A stretch of 64,000 bases of DNA from Balanoglossus misakiensis (lineage: Eukaryota; Animalia; Hemichordata), in the NCBI GenBank assembly GCA_040954595.2, contig CM082598.2, positions 2,697,062 through 2,761,061 on the forward strand, in the 5' to 3' direction. The first letter of the stretch is position 1. Each line of letters opens with the position of its first letter. The notes beneath the pieces are model-generated. The model saw only the letters and a list, made by a program, of their open reading frames with translations, did not search any database and was not told where the DNA came from. Of the stretch, positions 52,612 through 64,000 are shown in pieces. The translations under genes were made by a program, and so were the position numbers.

Positions 52612-53435
52612 GCAACGGCAGTAAAGTGGCGTGAGCCGAACAGATCTAGAGAACAGAGACGTTGCACTCGGCCATGAGCGACGGGGACTGGTATCCTGTA
52701 ATCCACGTGTAAGCTCGACGTTGAAGTTCAGCTCGCCCAGGCACGTCGGGTATGTCCTGTTGGTTTGAATTCAGCGTTGCTCTCGGACTTAAATTGCATG
52801 TCGACGCCAGTAACTGTAAGTGAAGTGAACCTGTTACTTTCTTCTGAGAGGACTTCAGGAAAGAACTGTGTGAACCATCGTCGGGTCAGTGCAAAGAACT
52901 TACGGAACACTGAATTATCGTGTCCGCTCACCACGTATGTAATATAACCGTGGACCTTATACAAGTTTCTTGAGGACATCACAACATTTAAGTTTCAGTG
53001 CTTGTACTATGATATTATTTTTCTTTCTGTGAAAAATAGATTCGCAGTGAATCGTATAACTTTGGTAGTACTGTGTATCATTGTTGTTGCTGTCTGGGTG
53101 TTTGTGTTGCGAGATTTTGGTTCGTTACATAACTAATACACGTATGATCTTGGCAGACATCCAACTGGGAAGCGCCCTCTTGGACCAGAAACGAATTCTT
53201 TTTTCTTCAACAGAAATGCGATCCGTGTTTTGCATATTTTTAATTCATGACTTATTTCCGAATGTACTGCATCTAGTTTGATAACGTTTGCCGAGAGCTG
53301 ACTGCACAGTTGGACGTTCAGTATTTTCGTGTATCTAGTCTTCTTGTACAGAATTGGATGAAACTGTATAGAGATATTGTTTCTATGTGTACTTAAACCA
53401 TATTTGGAGAATCAATAAAATGAAGTATTGAATCG
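52612..53435 (+). other. Candidate terminal exon / 3' UTR of a + strand transcript
   Basis: Strong acceptor tttttttttattccAG (52610-52611). All frames close within 22 codons. 3'UTR-like TGTA-rich tail and AATAAA at 53414-53419. Confidence 0.4.
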
Positions 53436-53759
53436 CCAATCTGTATTCTGTAATCACTATGAAAAGTTCAGAGTTAATGCACCAAGATTTTAGCAGATAG
53501 GCAGATTGTCCATTGTCGACTGTCTGTCAGTCTGCTCATTCGCCAGTCCCATCAAGAACTGACTTTTTTTATTAAAAAAATGCTAGACATAAAGTTTTGA
53601 TATTTAATATACATGTCACTGGGATAATCAATTGTTCAACTTATAGCATGTATTCCGTGGGCTATACCATTCAATGTTGGGTATGATAAACCGATAAAAT
53701 CAACGGGGGTATGCTGTTTAACGTAACAGCATATGATGTCATAATTAGAATATGCAAAT

Positions 53760-56700
53760 AGAATCTTCAGATTGCAACGTATTAAAGCTTGGTTTTCCAT
53801 TTTCACGAATATGACAGGGAATCCTCATCTTTGGCCGCAGATTGTTCTCTTCCTGTTACTTTTCCAACTGGACAATGGAGGACGAAGACTGCGTAGGATT
53901 TCCTTACATTACTGTGTATTCCTGTAAGAGATTGAAAAATGGAAAGGATCAGTTTAGATGTTTCCATGGAAGTCAAAACCACAAAGGACAAAACCTTATT
54001 TGCCTCAAATGCGGTAACTGTCGCTGTCGCCGAAGGATTCAAACTGCCAACAACTTTTTGAGCCATTTTACTATACAATATTCCCGCCAATGGCGCTTAC
54101 GTTTAACGCAAAGATGCATTATACTATAAATGTAGGTTGTCAAGACTTACTTTCGCTATATTCAGGTCTTCCAATCAGAAACTTGCGTCTTGTTCCAAAA
54201 CGGGAATCTTCGGATTGCAACGTACATCTCTCTTGATGAAGAACTTGATATTCCATTTTCACGAATATGACAAGGAATCCTCATCTTTGGCCGCAGATTG
54301 TTCTCTTCCTGTTACTTTTCCAACTGGACAATGGAGGACGAAGACCGCTTATGATTTCCTTGCATTACTGTATATTATTGTAAGAAATAGAAAATGGAAA
54401 GGACCGGTTAGATATTTCCATAGAAGTCAAAACCACACAGGACAAAGACCTTATTCTGTCTCACATGCGGTAACTGTCGCTTACCAAATTCGAACATCAA
54501 GTCCAAATGATAGAAATCCGTGCCAAATCGTCTTTTTGTCAATTCAACTACTTTCTAGTCTTTCAGTATGCGGCATGTTCATTAGGTGGAAAAGCTTGAA
54601 TTAGCCGCGATGGTGCTCAGAACGGAAAGATAAAAGTTCGCGCCATCGAACCACACCCAAACACGCGAACCACACCCTAATCTGTCGATCGTATCTACTA
54701 CATGCGACGCGTTTAAAATCAAGCAAAGCAAAATCGACGCGGAAATAAGGGCTAGCTTCATGTAGCAAGGACTGGCAATAGTATAAACTGTTGAAGTACA
54801 TACCTGTTGTCGATGTGATGTGCTGTGCGTAGACTTTGGGGGCGGCTAAACTTCAACTGTTGCGATGTTGTCACGTACGCGCTGTCACTCACAATGATGA
54901 AGACTTGATTATTGTGTATTCCTGTAAGAAATTGAAAAATGGAAAGGATCGGTTAGATTTAGATGTTTACATAGAAGTCAAAACCACACAGGACAAAGAC
55001 CTTATTCTGTCTCAAATGCGGTAACTGTCACTTACCAAATTCGGACATCAATACAGTCAAAATTGCAGAAATCCGCGCCAAAATCGTCTTTTTGTCAATT
55101 CAACTACTTGCTAGTTTTTCAGTATGCGGCATGTTCATAAGGTGGAAAAGTTCGAATAAGCCGCGATGGTGCTCAGAACGGAAAGATAAAAGTTCGCGCC
55201 ATGGAATTCTGAGCAGCATCGAACATCACCCAAACCCGCGAACCGCGCCCTAATCTGTCGATCGTATCTACATGCGACGCGTTTAAAATCAAGTAAAGCA
55301 AAATCGACGCGGAAATAAGGGCTAGTTTGATGTAGCAAGGACTGGCAATAGTATAAACTGTTGAAGAACATACCTGTTGTCGATGTGATGTGCTTTTGGG
55401 GTAGCTAAACTTCAACTGCTGCGATGTTGTCACGTAGACGCTGTCACTCACAATGATGAAGACTTGATCCGTACGGTACTGGACTTCCTATATGCGTATT
55501 TAAATTATGACATCATAGATTGACAGACACGTGAATAAACAAGCATCAGCCAATAGATTCAAACATTGCGCCAACCGTCACTGCACCGTTGACAGTTGTG
55601 TATGCGTGTATTCAGGAACAATGCATTCCGTGGGTATGCTGTCTTATGTAACAGAGAAACCAGGTGTCATTGACAATGGACAGCCTTCATAGTGAGAATT
55701 TTTCACTAAGGTGGAGTGACGGTTGGCGCAATGTTTGAATCTATTGGCTGATGTTTTGTAATCACGTGTCTGTGAATCTATGAAGTCATAATTAGAATGT
55801 GCAAATAGCAAGTCCTGTCACTGTACTGTACTTAAATGTGATCGACGGATCAAGTCTTCAATATTGTGAGTGACAGCGCGTACGTGACAACATCGCAACA
55901 GTTGAAGTCTACGCACAGCACATCACATCGACAACAGGTATGTACTTCAACAGTTTATATTATTGCCAGTCCTTGCTACATGAAGCTAGCCCTTATTTCC
56001 GCGTCGATTTTGCTTTGCTTGATTTTAAACGCGTCGCATGTAGATACGGTCGACAGATTAGGGCGCGGTTCGCGGGTTTGGGTGTGGTTCGATGGCGCGA
56101 ACTTTCATCTTTCCGTTCTGAGCACCATCGGGGCTAATTCAAACTTTTCCACATTATGAACATGCCGCGTACTGAAAAACCAGCAAGTAGTTGAATTGAC
56201 AAAAAGACGATTTGGCACGGATTTCTATCATTTGGACTTGATGTTCGAATTTGGTAAGCGACAGTTACCGCATGTGAAACAGAATAAGGTCTTTGTCCTG
56301 TGTGGTTTTGACTTCTATGGAAATATCTAACCGATCCTTTCCATTTTCTATTTCTTACAATAATATACAGTAATGCATAGAAATCATAAGCGGTCTTCGT
56401 CCTCCATTGTCCAGATGAAAAATTAACAGGAAGAGAACAATATGCGTCCAAAGTTAAGGATTCCCAGTGATATTCGTGAAAATGGAATATCAAGTTCTTC
56501 ATCAAGAGAGATGTACGTTGCAAGCCGAAGATTCCCGTATTGGAACAAGACGCAAGTTTCTGATTGGAAGACCTGAATATAGCGAAAGTAAGTCTTGACA
56601 ACCTACATTTATAGTATAATGTATCTTTGCGTTAAACGTAAGCGCCATTGGCGGGAATATTGTATAGTAAAATGGCTCAAAAAGTGGTTGGCAGTTTGAA

Positions 56701-57164
56701 TCCTTCGGCGACAGCGACAGTTACCGCATTTGAGGCAAATAAGGTTTTGTCCTTTGTGGTTTTGACTTCTATGGAAATATCTAACCGGTCCTTTCCATTT
56801 TCTATTTCTTACAATAATATACAGTAATGCAAGGAAATCATAAGCGGTCTTCGTCCTCCATTGTCCAGATGAAAAATTAACAGGAAGAGAACAATATGCG
56901 TCCAAAGTTAAGGATTCCCAGTGATATTCGTGAAAATGGAATATCAAGTTCTTCATCAAGAGAGATGTACGTTGCAAGCCGAAGATTCCCGTTTTGGAAC
57001 AAGACCCAAGTTTCTGGTGAGAAGACCTGAATATAGAGAAGGTAAGCCTTGACAACCTACATTTATAGTATATTGTATTTCTTTGCGTTAAACGTTAGAT
57101 CCATTGGCGGGAATATTGTATAGTAAAATGGCTCAAAAAGTGGTTGGCAGTTTGAATCCTTCGG
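53760..57164. repeat. Large imperfect palindrome (~3.4 kb) with internal ~450-530 bp tandem duplications
   Basis: Left arm ~53760-55581 mirrors right arm ~55716-57164 around a ~135 bp spacer (ttgcgccaaccgtcac / gtgacggttggcgcaa). The ORF track shows mirror-image ORFs (54137+ vs 56601- and 57055-; 54801- and 55371- vs 55940+). Confidence 0.9.
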
Positions 57165-57439
57165 TATACCCTAATTAAGGATTTCTTGTCGTTTCTTTAA
57201 ATCTGAACTTCTCGCCATACTGACATAATATGTGAATGCTTCTACGCTTACATATTGTAGATAGCATAAACCGACAAGTTTAGGAGAATTGGACGCACTT
57301 GTGCGTTAAATTTGAACGAGTGCTTATAAGGTCCGTACTACTAAAGAAAACATCCGACACTGGCCTAAAGTTTTGTACCTTAAACTAGAATCTTATAAAA
57401 ATCTTTGCCGTGCCTTTTGTGCTATAAATTACTAGCCTA

Positions 57440-60082
57440 TTGATAAAGTCGATTTTTTACGAATAGATAATTTTTCACCCATTGTGAGATCTCGTGAGAC
57501 TTAAGTAATTACCGTAGCAATGTATTTCTAGCCAATTTATAAAAGTCGGTCTTTTTTCGAATATGTAGATAATTTTCCACCCATTGTAAGATCTCGTGAG
57601 ACTTAATTAATTACCATAGCAACGGATTTCTAGCAAATTTAAATTTTTTTCGAATAGATTATTTTCCAACAATTGTGAGATCTCGTGAGACGTAATTAAT
57701 TACCGTAGCAACTTATTTCTAGCCAATTTATAAAAGTCGGTCTTTTATCGAATAGATATTTTTCTACCCATTGTGAGATCTCGTGAGACTTAATTAATTA
57801 CCGTAGCAACGGATTTATAGGCAATTTATAAAAGTCGGTCTTTTATCGAATAGGTAATTTTCCACCCAATGTGAGATCTCGTGAGACTTAATTAATTACC
57901 GTAGCAACGCATTTCTAGCCAATTTATAAAAGTCGGTCTTTTATCGAATAGATAATTTTCCACCCATTGTGAGATCTCGTGAGACTTAATTAATTACCGT
58001 AGCAACGTATTTCTAGCCAATTAATAAAAGTCGGCCTTTTATCGAATAGATAATTTTCCACCCATTGTGAGATCTCGTGAGACTTAATTAATTACCGTAG
58101 CAACGTTTTTCTAGCCAATTTATAAAAGTCGGTCTTTTATCGAATAGATAATTTTCCACTCATTGTGAGATCTCGTGAGACTTAATTAATTACCGTAGCA
58201 ACGGATATCTAGGCAATTTATAAAAGTCGGTCTTTTATCGAATAGATAATTTTCCACCCATTGTGAGATCTCGTGAGACTTAATTAATTACCGTAGCAAC
58301 GTATTTCTAGCCAATTTATAAAAGTCGGTCTTTTATCGAATAGATAATTTTCCACCCATTGTGAGATCTCGTGAGACTTAATTAATTACCGTAGCAACGG
58401 ATATCTAGGCAATTTATAAAAGTCGGTCTTTCTTCGAATAGATAATTTTCCACCAATTGTGAGATTTCGTGAGACTTAATTAATTACCGTAGCAACGTAT
58501 TTCTAGCCAATTTATAAAAGTCGGTCTTTTTTCGAATAGATAATTTTCCACCCATTGTGAGATCTCGTGAGACTTAATTAATTACCGTAGCAACGTATTT
58601 CTAGCCAATTTATAAAAGTCGGTCTTTTTTCGAATAGATAATTTTCCACCAATTGTGAGATTTCGTGAGACTTAATTAATTACCGTAGCAACGTATTTCT
58701 AGCCAATTTATAAAAGTCGGTCTTTTATCGAATAGATAATTTCCACTCATTGTGAGATCTCGTGAGACTTAATTAATTACCGTAGCAACGGATATCTAGG
58801 CAATTTATAAAAGTCGGTCTTTTATCGAATAGATAATTTTCCACCCATTGTGAGATCTCGTGAGACTTAATTAATTACCGTAGGAACGGATATCTAGGCA
58901 ATTTATAAAAGTCGGTCTTTCTTCGAATAGATAATTTTCCACCAATTGTGAGATTTCGTGAGACTTAATTAATTACCGTAGCAACGTATTTCTAGCCAAT
59001 TTATAAAAGTCGGTCTTTTATCGAATAGATAATTTTCCACCCATTGTGAGATTTCGTGAGACTTACTTAATTACCGTAGCAACGGATTTCTAGCCAATTA
59101 ATAAAAGTCGGTCTTTTATCGAATAGATAACTTTCCAACCAATATGAGATTTCGTGAGACTTAATTAATTACCATAGCAACGTATTTCTAGCCAATTTAT
59201 AATAGTCGGTCTTTTTTCGAATAGATAATTTTCCACCCATTGTGAGATCTCGTGAGACTTAATTAATTACCGTAGCAACGTATTTCTAGCCAATTTATAA
59301 AAGTTGGTCTTTTTTCGAATAGATAATTTTCCACCCATTGTGAGATCTCGTGAGACTTAATTAATTACCATAGCAACGGATTTCTAGCAAACTTAAATTT
59401 TTTTCGAATAGATTATTTTCCAACAATTGTGAGATCTCGTGAGACTTAATTAATTACCGTAGCAACGGATTTCTAGCCAATTTATAAAAGTCGGTCTTTT
59501 ATCGAATGGATAATTTTCCACCAAATGTGAGATCTCGTGAGAATTAATTAATTTCCGTAGCAACGGATTAATAGGCAATTTATAAAAGTCGGTCTTTCTT
59601 CGAATAGGTAATTTTCCACCCAATGTGAGATCTCGTGAGACTTAATTAATTTCCGTAGCAACGGATTTCTACGCAATTTATAAAAGTCGGTCTTTCTTCG
59701 AATAGGTAATTTTCCACCCAATGTGAGATCTCGTGAGACTTAATTAATTTCCGTAGCAACGGATATCTAGGCAATTTATAAAAGTCGGTCTTTTTTCGAA
59801 TAAATAATTTTCCACCCATTGTGAGATCTCGTGAGACTTAATTAATTACCGTAGCAACGGATTTATAGGCAATTTATAAAAGTCGGTCTTTCTTCGAATA
59901 GGTAATTTTCCTCCCAATGTGAGATCTCGTGAGACTTAATTAATTACCGTAGCAACGGATTTCCAGACAATTTATAAAAGTCGGGTTTTTTATTAATAGA
60001 TAATTTTCCAACAATTATGAGATCTCGTGAGACTTAATTAAATAATTTCCGTAGCAACGGATTTCTAGCCAATTTATAAAAT
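57440..60082. repeat. Tandem satellite, 98 bp unit x 27
   Basis: Unit ttgtgagatctcgtgagacttaattaattaccgtagcaacgtatttctagccaatttataaaagtcggtcttttatcgaatagataattttccaccca. I counted 27 gagat(c/t)tcgtgaga cores between 57486 and ~60020. Confidence 0.97.
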
Positions 60083-60259
60083 ATTTTGTTCTAAAAACAA
60101 CACTTCATTTACTCCAATTTTTTTTTTTTTTCATGTACTAGTCGAACGTGGTCCACCTTCATCAGAGATGAATTCAAAATATTCCGGGTACCTGATTGTT
60201 GAAAGAAGAAATACCAGGAGATGGTCGAAGATGGTCGAAGAAGTTTGAACTGGTCACTC

Positions 60260-60410
60260 CTGAAGGGGAACCTTGAAGACTCACTTGTTTAAAACAGCCT
60301 ACAGTGTGTGAACAACCATCGGGAGCCACTGAACAGTTCTCTGGATATTGGCGCCATGTAAATGTTTTGGATTGATTTTTTTATTGAGATGATTGATATT
60401 GATTATTGAG
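60260..60410 (+). mobile_element. 3' end fragment of an L2/CR1-group LINE
   Basis: Encodes LKTHLFKTAYSV* (60273-60311), the typical C-terminus of L2-clade ORF2. It is followed by a short UTR with ggcgccatgtaaat and a degenerate (ATTG)n tail. Confidence 0.65.
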
Positions 60411-60726
60411 ACTCCAAACAACATGAAATACTATATTGATTATTACTATTTGTGACCAACAAAAAGCAAATGCTTTTCAAATATATTCTCATCAGAAATT
60501 ATGTGGCACAATGCCCGCGGACTCAATAACACTGAACATTGACTGAAAATGACTCTTAACCAATTAATAAAATATTTATAAAAAATTTCCTCTGACGCCA
60601 ATACAGCATGTGCATTAGATCCATATGCACATGCTGTAGATGCAAGACTCAATAGATGTGTAAGGTGAGATGATTTGTTGTTAATTGTGTAAGATAATTT
60701 AATAATTTCTGTTGTGAACATTTTAA

Positions 60727-61467
60727 GGTAGCATGCGCCACAAAAATCAGTCTTAATTTTTTTCTTGTTTGTGCTTACGTCAATGTTAGATTAGGTCTTT
60801 TAAAATTGGGAATGAAAATCGAGGAAAAAGATCTAAATTATCTAAATGAGATATTTTTTTTTGAAAACAAGATGGTGAAGACCCTGTATGATTTTTTTTC
60901 ATCTAAAAGTCTAAAATTTCATGTAAAGCTTGGAAGATTATCAAACCTTTTCTAAAATGTTACTCTAATATTACAGTAACGTTTTTTTTTTATAAAATGA
61001 GATGAACACCATTTTTTTATCCAAAAAGATTCCTAAACAATTCATGTAACACAGAATTGAAAAGTTTGGAAGACTTTTAATTGTTTAAAACTTGTTCTTG
61101 TATTTTGAGCAAAGCAACTTTTTATTATTCTTAATATTTTGAAAAAAATTACGGGCTTCATTGAAATTTTTAAACAAAGAAATTTACAGTAACAGTTTCC
61201 ATGAAAATAAGATGAACACAGTTTTTTTGTTTGTTTGTTTGTTTCCAAAAAGATTCCTAATCAATTAATGAAGCGCAGAATTGAAAAGTTTTGAAGATTC
61301 TAAATTGTTTTTCATTTTGATTTTGCTCAAAGCAACTTTAGTTTACTGTCTCTTAAAAGTCTGAACGATGGGTAAATTGTCTAAAATTTCGAGCTTAAAA
61401 TTGCATACGATTTGTTTGGAGGACTATCGTTTTCTTTGCAGGATTTGACACTGAAGCGCATACTATC
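60727..61467. mobile_element. Family B MITE (Kolobok-like) with TTAA TSD and internal direct duplication
   Basis: TTAA-GGTAGCATGCGCC...GCGCATACTATC-TTAA imperfect TIRs. 60971-61087 is repeated at 61183-61309. Confidence 0.7.
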
Positions 61468-61599
61468 TTAAGTAATGTTCTAGTATTAACATTAGCATAA
61501 TCATGTCAAATTATACTAATACTATGGAATACTTCATTTCACTGACTGGACTCGCGTAACCACTGAAAAAGAATCTCATGCTAAATTCTCAGTGAAATT

Positions 61600-62585
61600 A
61601 AACCACAGGAAAAAAATTGTTTTTACTAGAAATTTATTTTGGACATGTTTTCAAGAAAAAGTGAAAATAAAATCACAAATAATTCAAAATTTATTCAACA
61701 AATTTTTTTTCCGACATGTTTCCAAGAAAAATTGAAAATAAAATCACAGGAAAAGTCAAAATTTGTTTTAACCAAAAATTTATTTCGGACATGTTTACAG
61801 GGAAAAGTGTAAATAAAATTACAGGAAAATTCAAAATATTTGTTATAAACAACAATTTATTTCTGACGTGCTTACAAGAAAAAAAGTGAAAACAAAACCA
61901 CAGGAAATTTCAAACTTGGTTTTCTCAAAAGGTTTATTTCCAACAATCAACGACATGTTTCCAAGGAAAAGTGAAAACAAAATGACACAAAAATTCAAAC
62001 GTTGCTTTCACCAGAAATAGGTTCCAGTCAAAATGAAGTATTCAACAGTGCTGTATTTCTCCTGGTTCAAGCTCGGGGGGCCTCATATGATAAATTTCCA
62101 AAGGGTTGGAGTGGCTTGCCCTCAGTACATTTAAAATGGTCTTGTGGCAGATTTGCTGAAACACTTAGGCAAAAGTAAAGATAATGATATTTATTGAAAA
62201 ATGAAAGTGACTAAATTTAAATTTATACACTCGCCCAATGTATCAGATGACAAGAAAACACTTAACTCCAAAACAAATTGTAGATAAAACTATATTCCCT
62301 ACTTCTGCTCGAAACGCCAAAATTTACACAAAAATTTATTTCGGACATGTTTACAAGAAAAATTGAAAAGAAATGCACAGGAAATTTTAAAATTTGTTTT
62401 CAATCAAATCGCAGGAAATTTCATATTTTTTTCACAAAAGATTTATTTCGCACATGTTTTCAAGAAAAAGTGAAAATAAAATCACAGAAAAATTCAAAAT
62501 CAGATGACAAGAAAAAAATGAACCCCTAAACAAACTGTTGATAAAACTCTACAGTTTTATTCCCTACTTCTGTTAGAAATGCCAA
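61600..62585. repeat. Degenerate A-rich tandem repeats (~75-80 bp unit)
   Basis: aatttatttcggacatgtttacaagaaaaagtgaaaataaaatcacagg recurs ~5x in 61600-62005 and 2x in 62325-62500. A second block at 62245-62320 recurs at 62500-62585. Confidence 0.8.
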
Positions 62586-63296
62586 TTATTTTTTCACAAA
62601 TAAGAAAAAATTCTACTAAAATTCTACCAAGTAAAACTATGCCACAGACTCTTGAAAAGTCCCAACTTCATTTATACTTACTTTTAAATTCACAAATTAG
62701 GTGTTGCCTTGGCCTTCACAGGGGCTCTAACCAGGAGCATTATGGTACATGTATTTGTAATGTTGGTCTTCCGATCATTGTTAGCACAATACTCTGCAGT
62801 TTTGCCCAAATTAAATGAAACGGTTGCTCTTTTTGACCTTATTTGAGAATTCATTGCATAACGTTTATCTTACAAAATTATGACAAGTAATTTCATTATC
62901 CCATTTTGCCGTATGCATGGAGAAATTCTACGTTTGCTACTACTTCTGTATGAAATCTTCATTTCCATTCTTATTCGAATTTCCAATGCAAATTAAAATT
63001 TCCGCAAATTATACATTCAGACATGATCTAAGCCAATATGCTGAACTTTAAAATTTTGGTAGGACTTAAAATTTTTCACTGAACGTTTATTCCAATTTGT
63101 GTCAAGTTGACTTAAATCAAACAGGCTAAAACTAATCAAACAAATCAAACTTCTTTTCATACCAAACAAAATTTACCAAGAAAGGTCAAAAGAGCCACAC
63201 TGTCCCTTTAATACTGTAAGACAATTTCTTCTGTGTTGTGCTGACGCTTATGATAGGAAAACTGTTTGTTTCTGTTTATGTGTGACATTGTTTTAA

Positions 63297-63960
63297 GGTT
63301 GTCTGCGCCTTAGGATTTCTCCAAAATTGATAGTGAAAGTTTAATCGGGGGGTAGCTAAGCCGAGTCTAGTGTAATTTTTTTTTTTTTGGGGGGGGGGGG
63401 TGGTAGTTTAGTTAAGTCGAGTTTAGTCTGGGGGGTGGCAGCTTAGGACAGTCCAGTTTAGTCTGGGGGTTGCAGCTTAGGACAGTAGAGTTTAATGAGG
63501 GGGGGGGGGGTAGTTTAGGGCAGTCAAGTTTAATCAGGGGGGTGGTAGTTTAGGACAGCAGAGTTTAGTCTGGGGGTGGCAGCTTAGGACAGTCGAGTTT
63601 AATGGGGGGTAGATTAGACATGTCTAGTGTGATAGGGGTGGTAGTTTAGGGCAGTCGAGTTTAATCAGGGGGGGTGGTAGCTTAGGACAGTCGAGTTTAG
63701 TCTGGGGGTGGCAGCTTAGGACAGTCGAGTTTAATGAGGGGGGTGGTAGCTTAGACGTGTATAGTGTGATTGAGGGGCAGTCGAGTTTAATCAGGGAGGG
63801 GGTTGTAGCTGAGGACAGTCGAGTTTAATGGTAGCTTAGGCGTGTCTAGTGTAATTGGGGGTGATAGTTTAGGGCAGTCGGGTTTAATCAGGGGGGATGG
63901 TAGCTTAGGGGTGGTAGTTCAGAAAATGTTTATGACTTTATTTTTGAGGCGCATTCTACC
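63297..63960. mobile_element. Family B MITE carrying a G-rich ~32 bp minisatellite (63340-63915)
   Basis: TTAA-GGTTGTCTGCGCCT...AGGCGCATTCTACC-TTAG termini. Internal tandem unit gggggtggtagcttaggacagtcgagtttaatc. Confidence 0.7.
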
Positions 63961-64000
63961 TTAGAACCGTGTTTGTTTTGTGTGTTTGTTTTGTGTGTTT

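Noticed and set aside
53803-57055. 95-155 aa ORFs recurring on both strands
   Set aside because: They are by-products of the palindrome and its duplications, mostly with non-ATG starts and no recognisable transposase or other domain.
57440-60082. CRISPR-like regular repeat array
   Set aside because: The whole 98 bp unit repeats with no unique spacers, there are no cas genes, and the context is eukaryotic. It is a satellite.
60130-60170. Minus-strand CTGATGAAG-GTGGACCAC, resembling a Penelope-type hammerhead ribozyme core
   Set aside because: The required GAAA and stem III do not follow stem II; at most a degenerate relic.

Overview
Eukaryotic, AT-rich, intron-containing DNA from a marine invertebrate. 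The insulin-like peptide type suggests an ambulacrarian (hemichordate or echinoderm); this is inference. The one clearly recognisable gene is a minus-strand insulin-like peptide precursor, join(complement 20309..20501, 19971..20161), 127 aa, with 8 cysteines in the mature part (octinsulin-type pattern), a probable non-coding first exon near 23.55-23.6 kb and a 1.2-1.4 kb 3' UTR. Downstream of it, on the opposite (+) strand, lie two long single-block ORFs (9256-10785 and 15751/15782-17056) encoding disordered, charged proteins of unknown function, each with RFX/CRE-like motifs upstream. Region 24-53 kb has no recognisable coding sequence, but it carries promoter and splice signals for a possible + strand non-coding transcript. 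Repeats are abundant: a 1.7 kb foldback element with ~785 bp TIRs and a 6 bp TSD, a 3.4 kb nested palindrome, a 27-copy 98 bp satellite, several TTAA-flanked MITEs (one carrying a G-rich minisatellite), a dispersed 62 bp minisatellite family, an L2-type LINE 3' end and microsatellites. No rRNA, tRNA, CRISPR array or intact transposase was seen.
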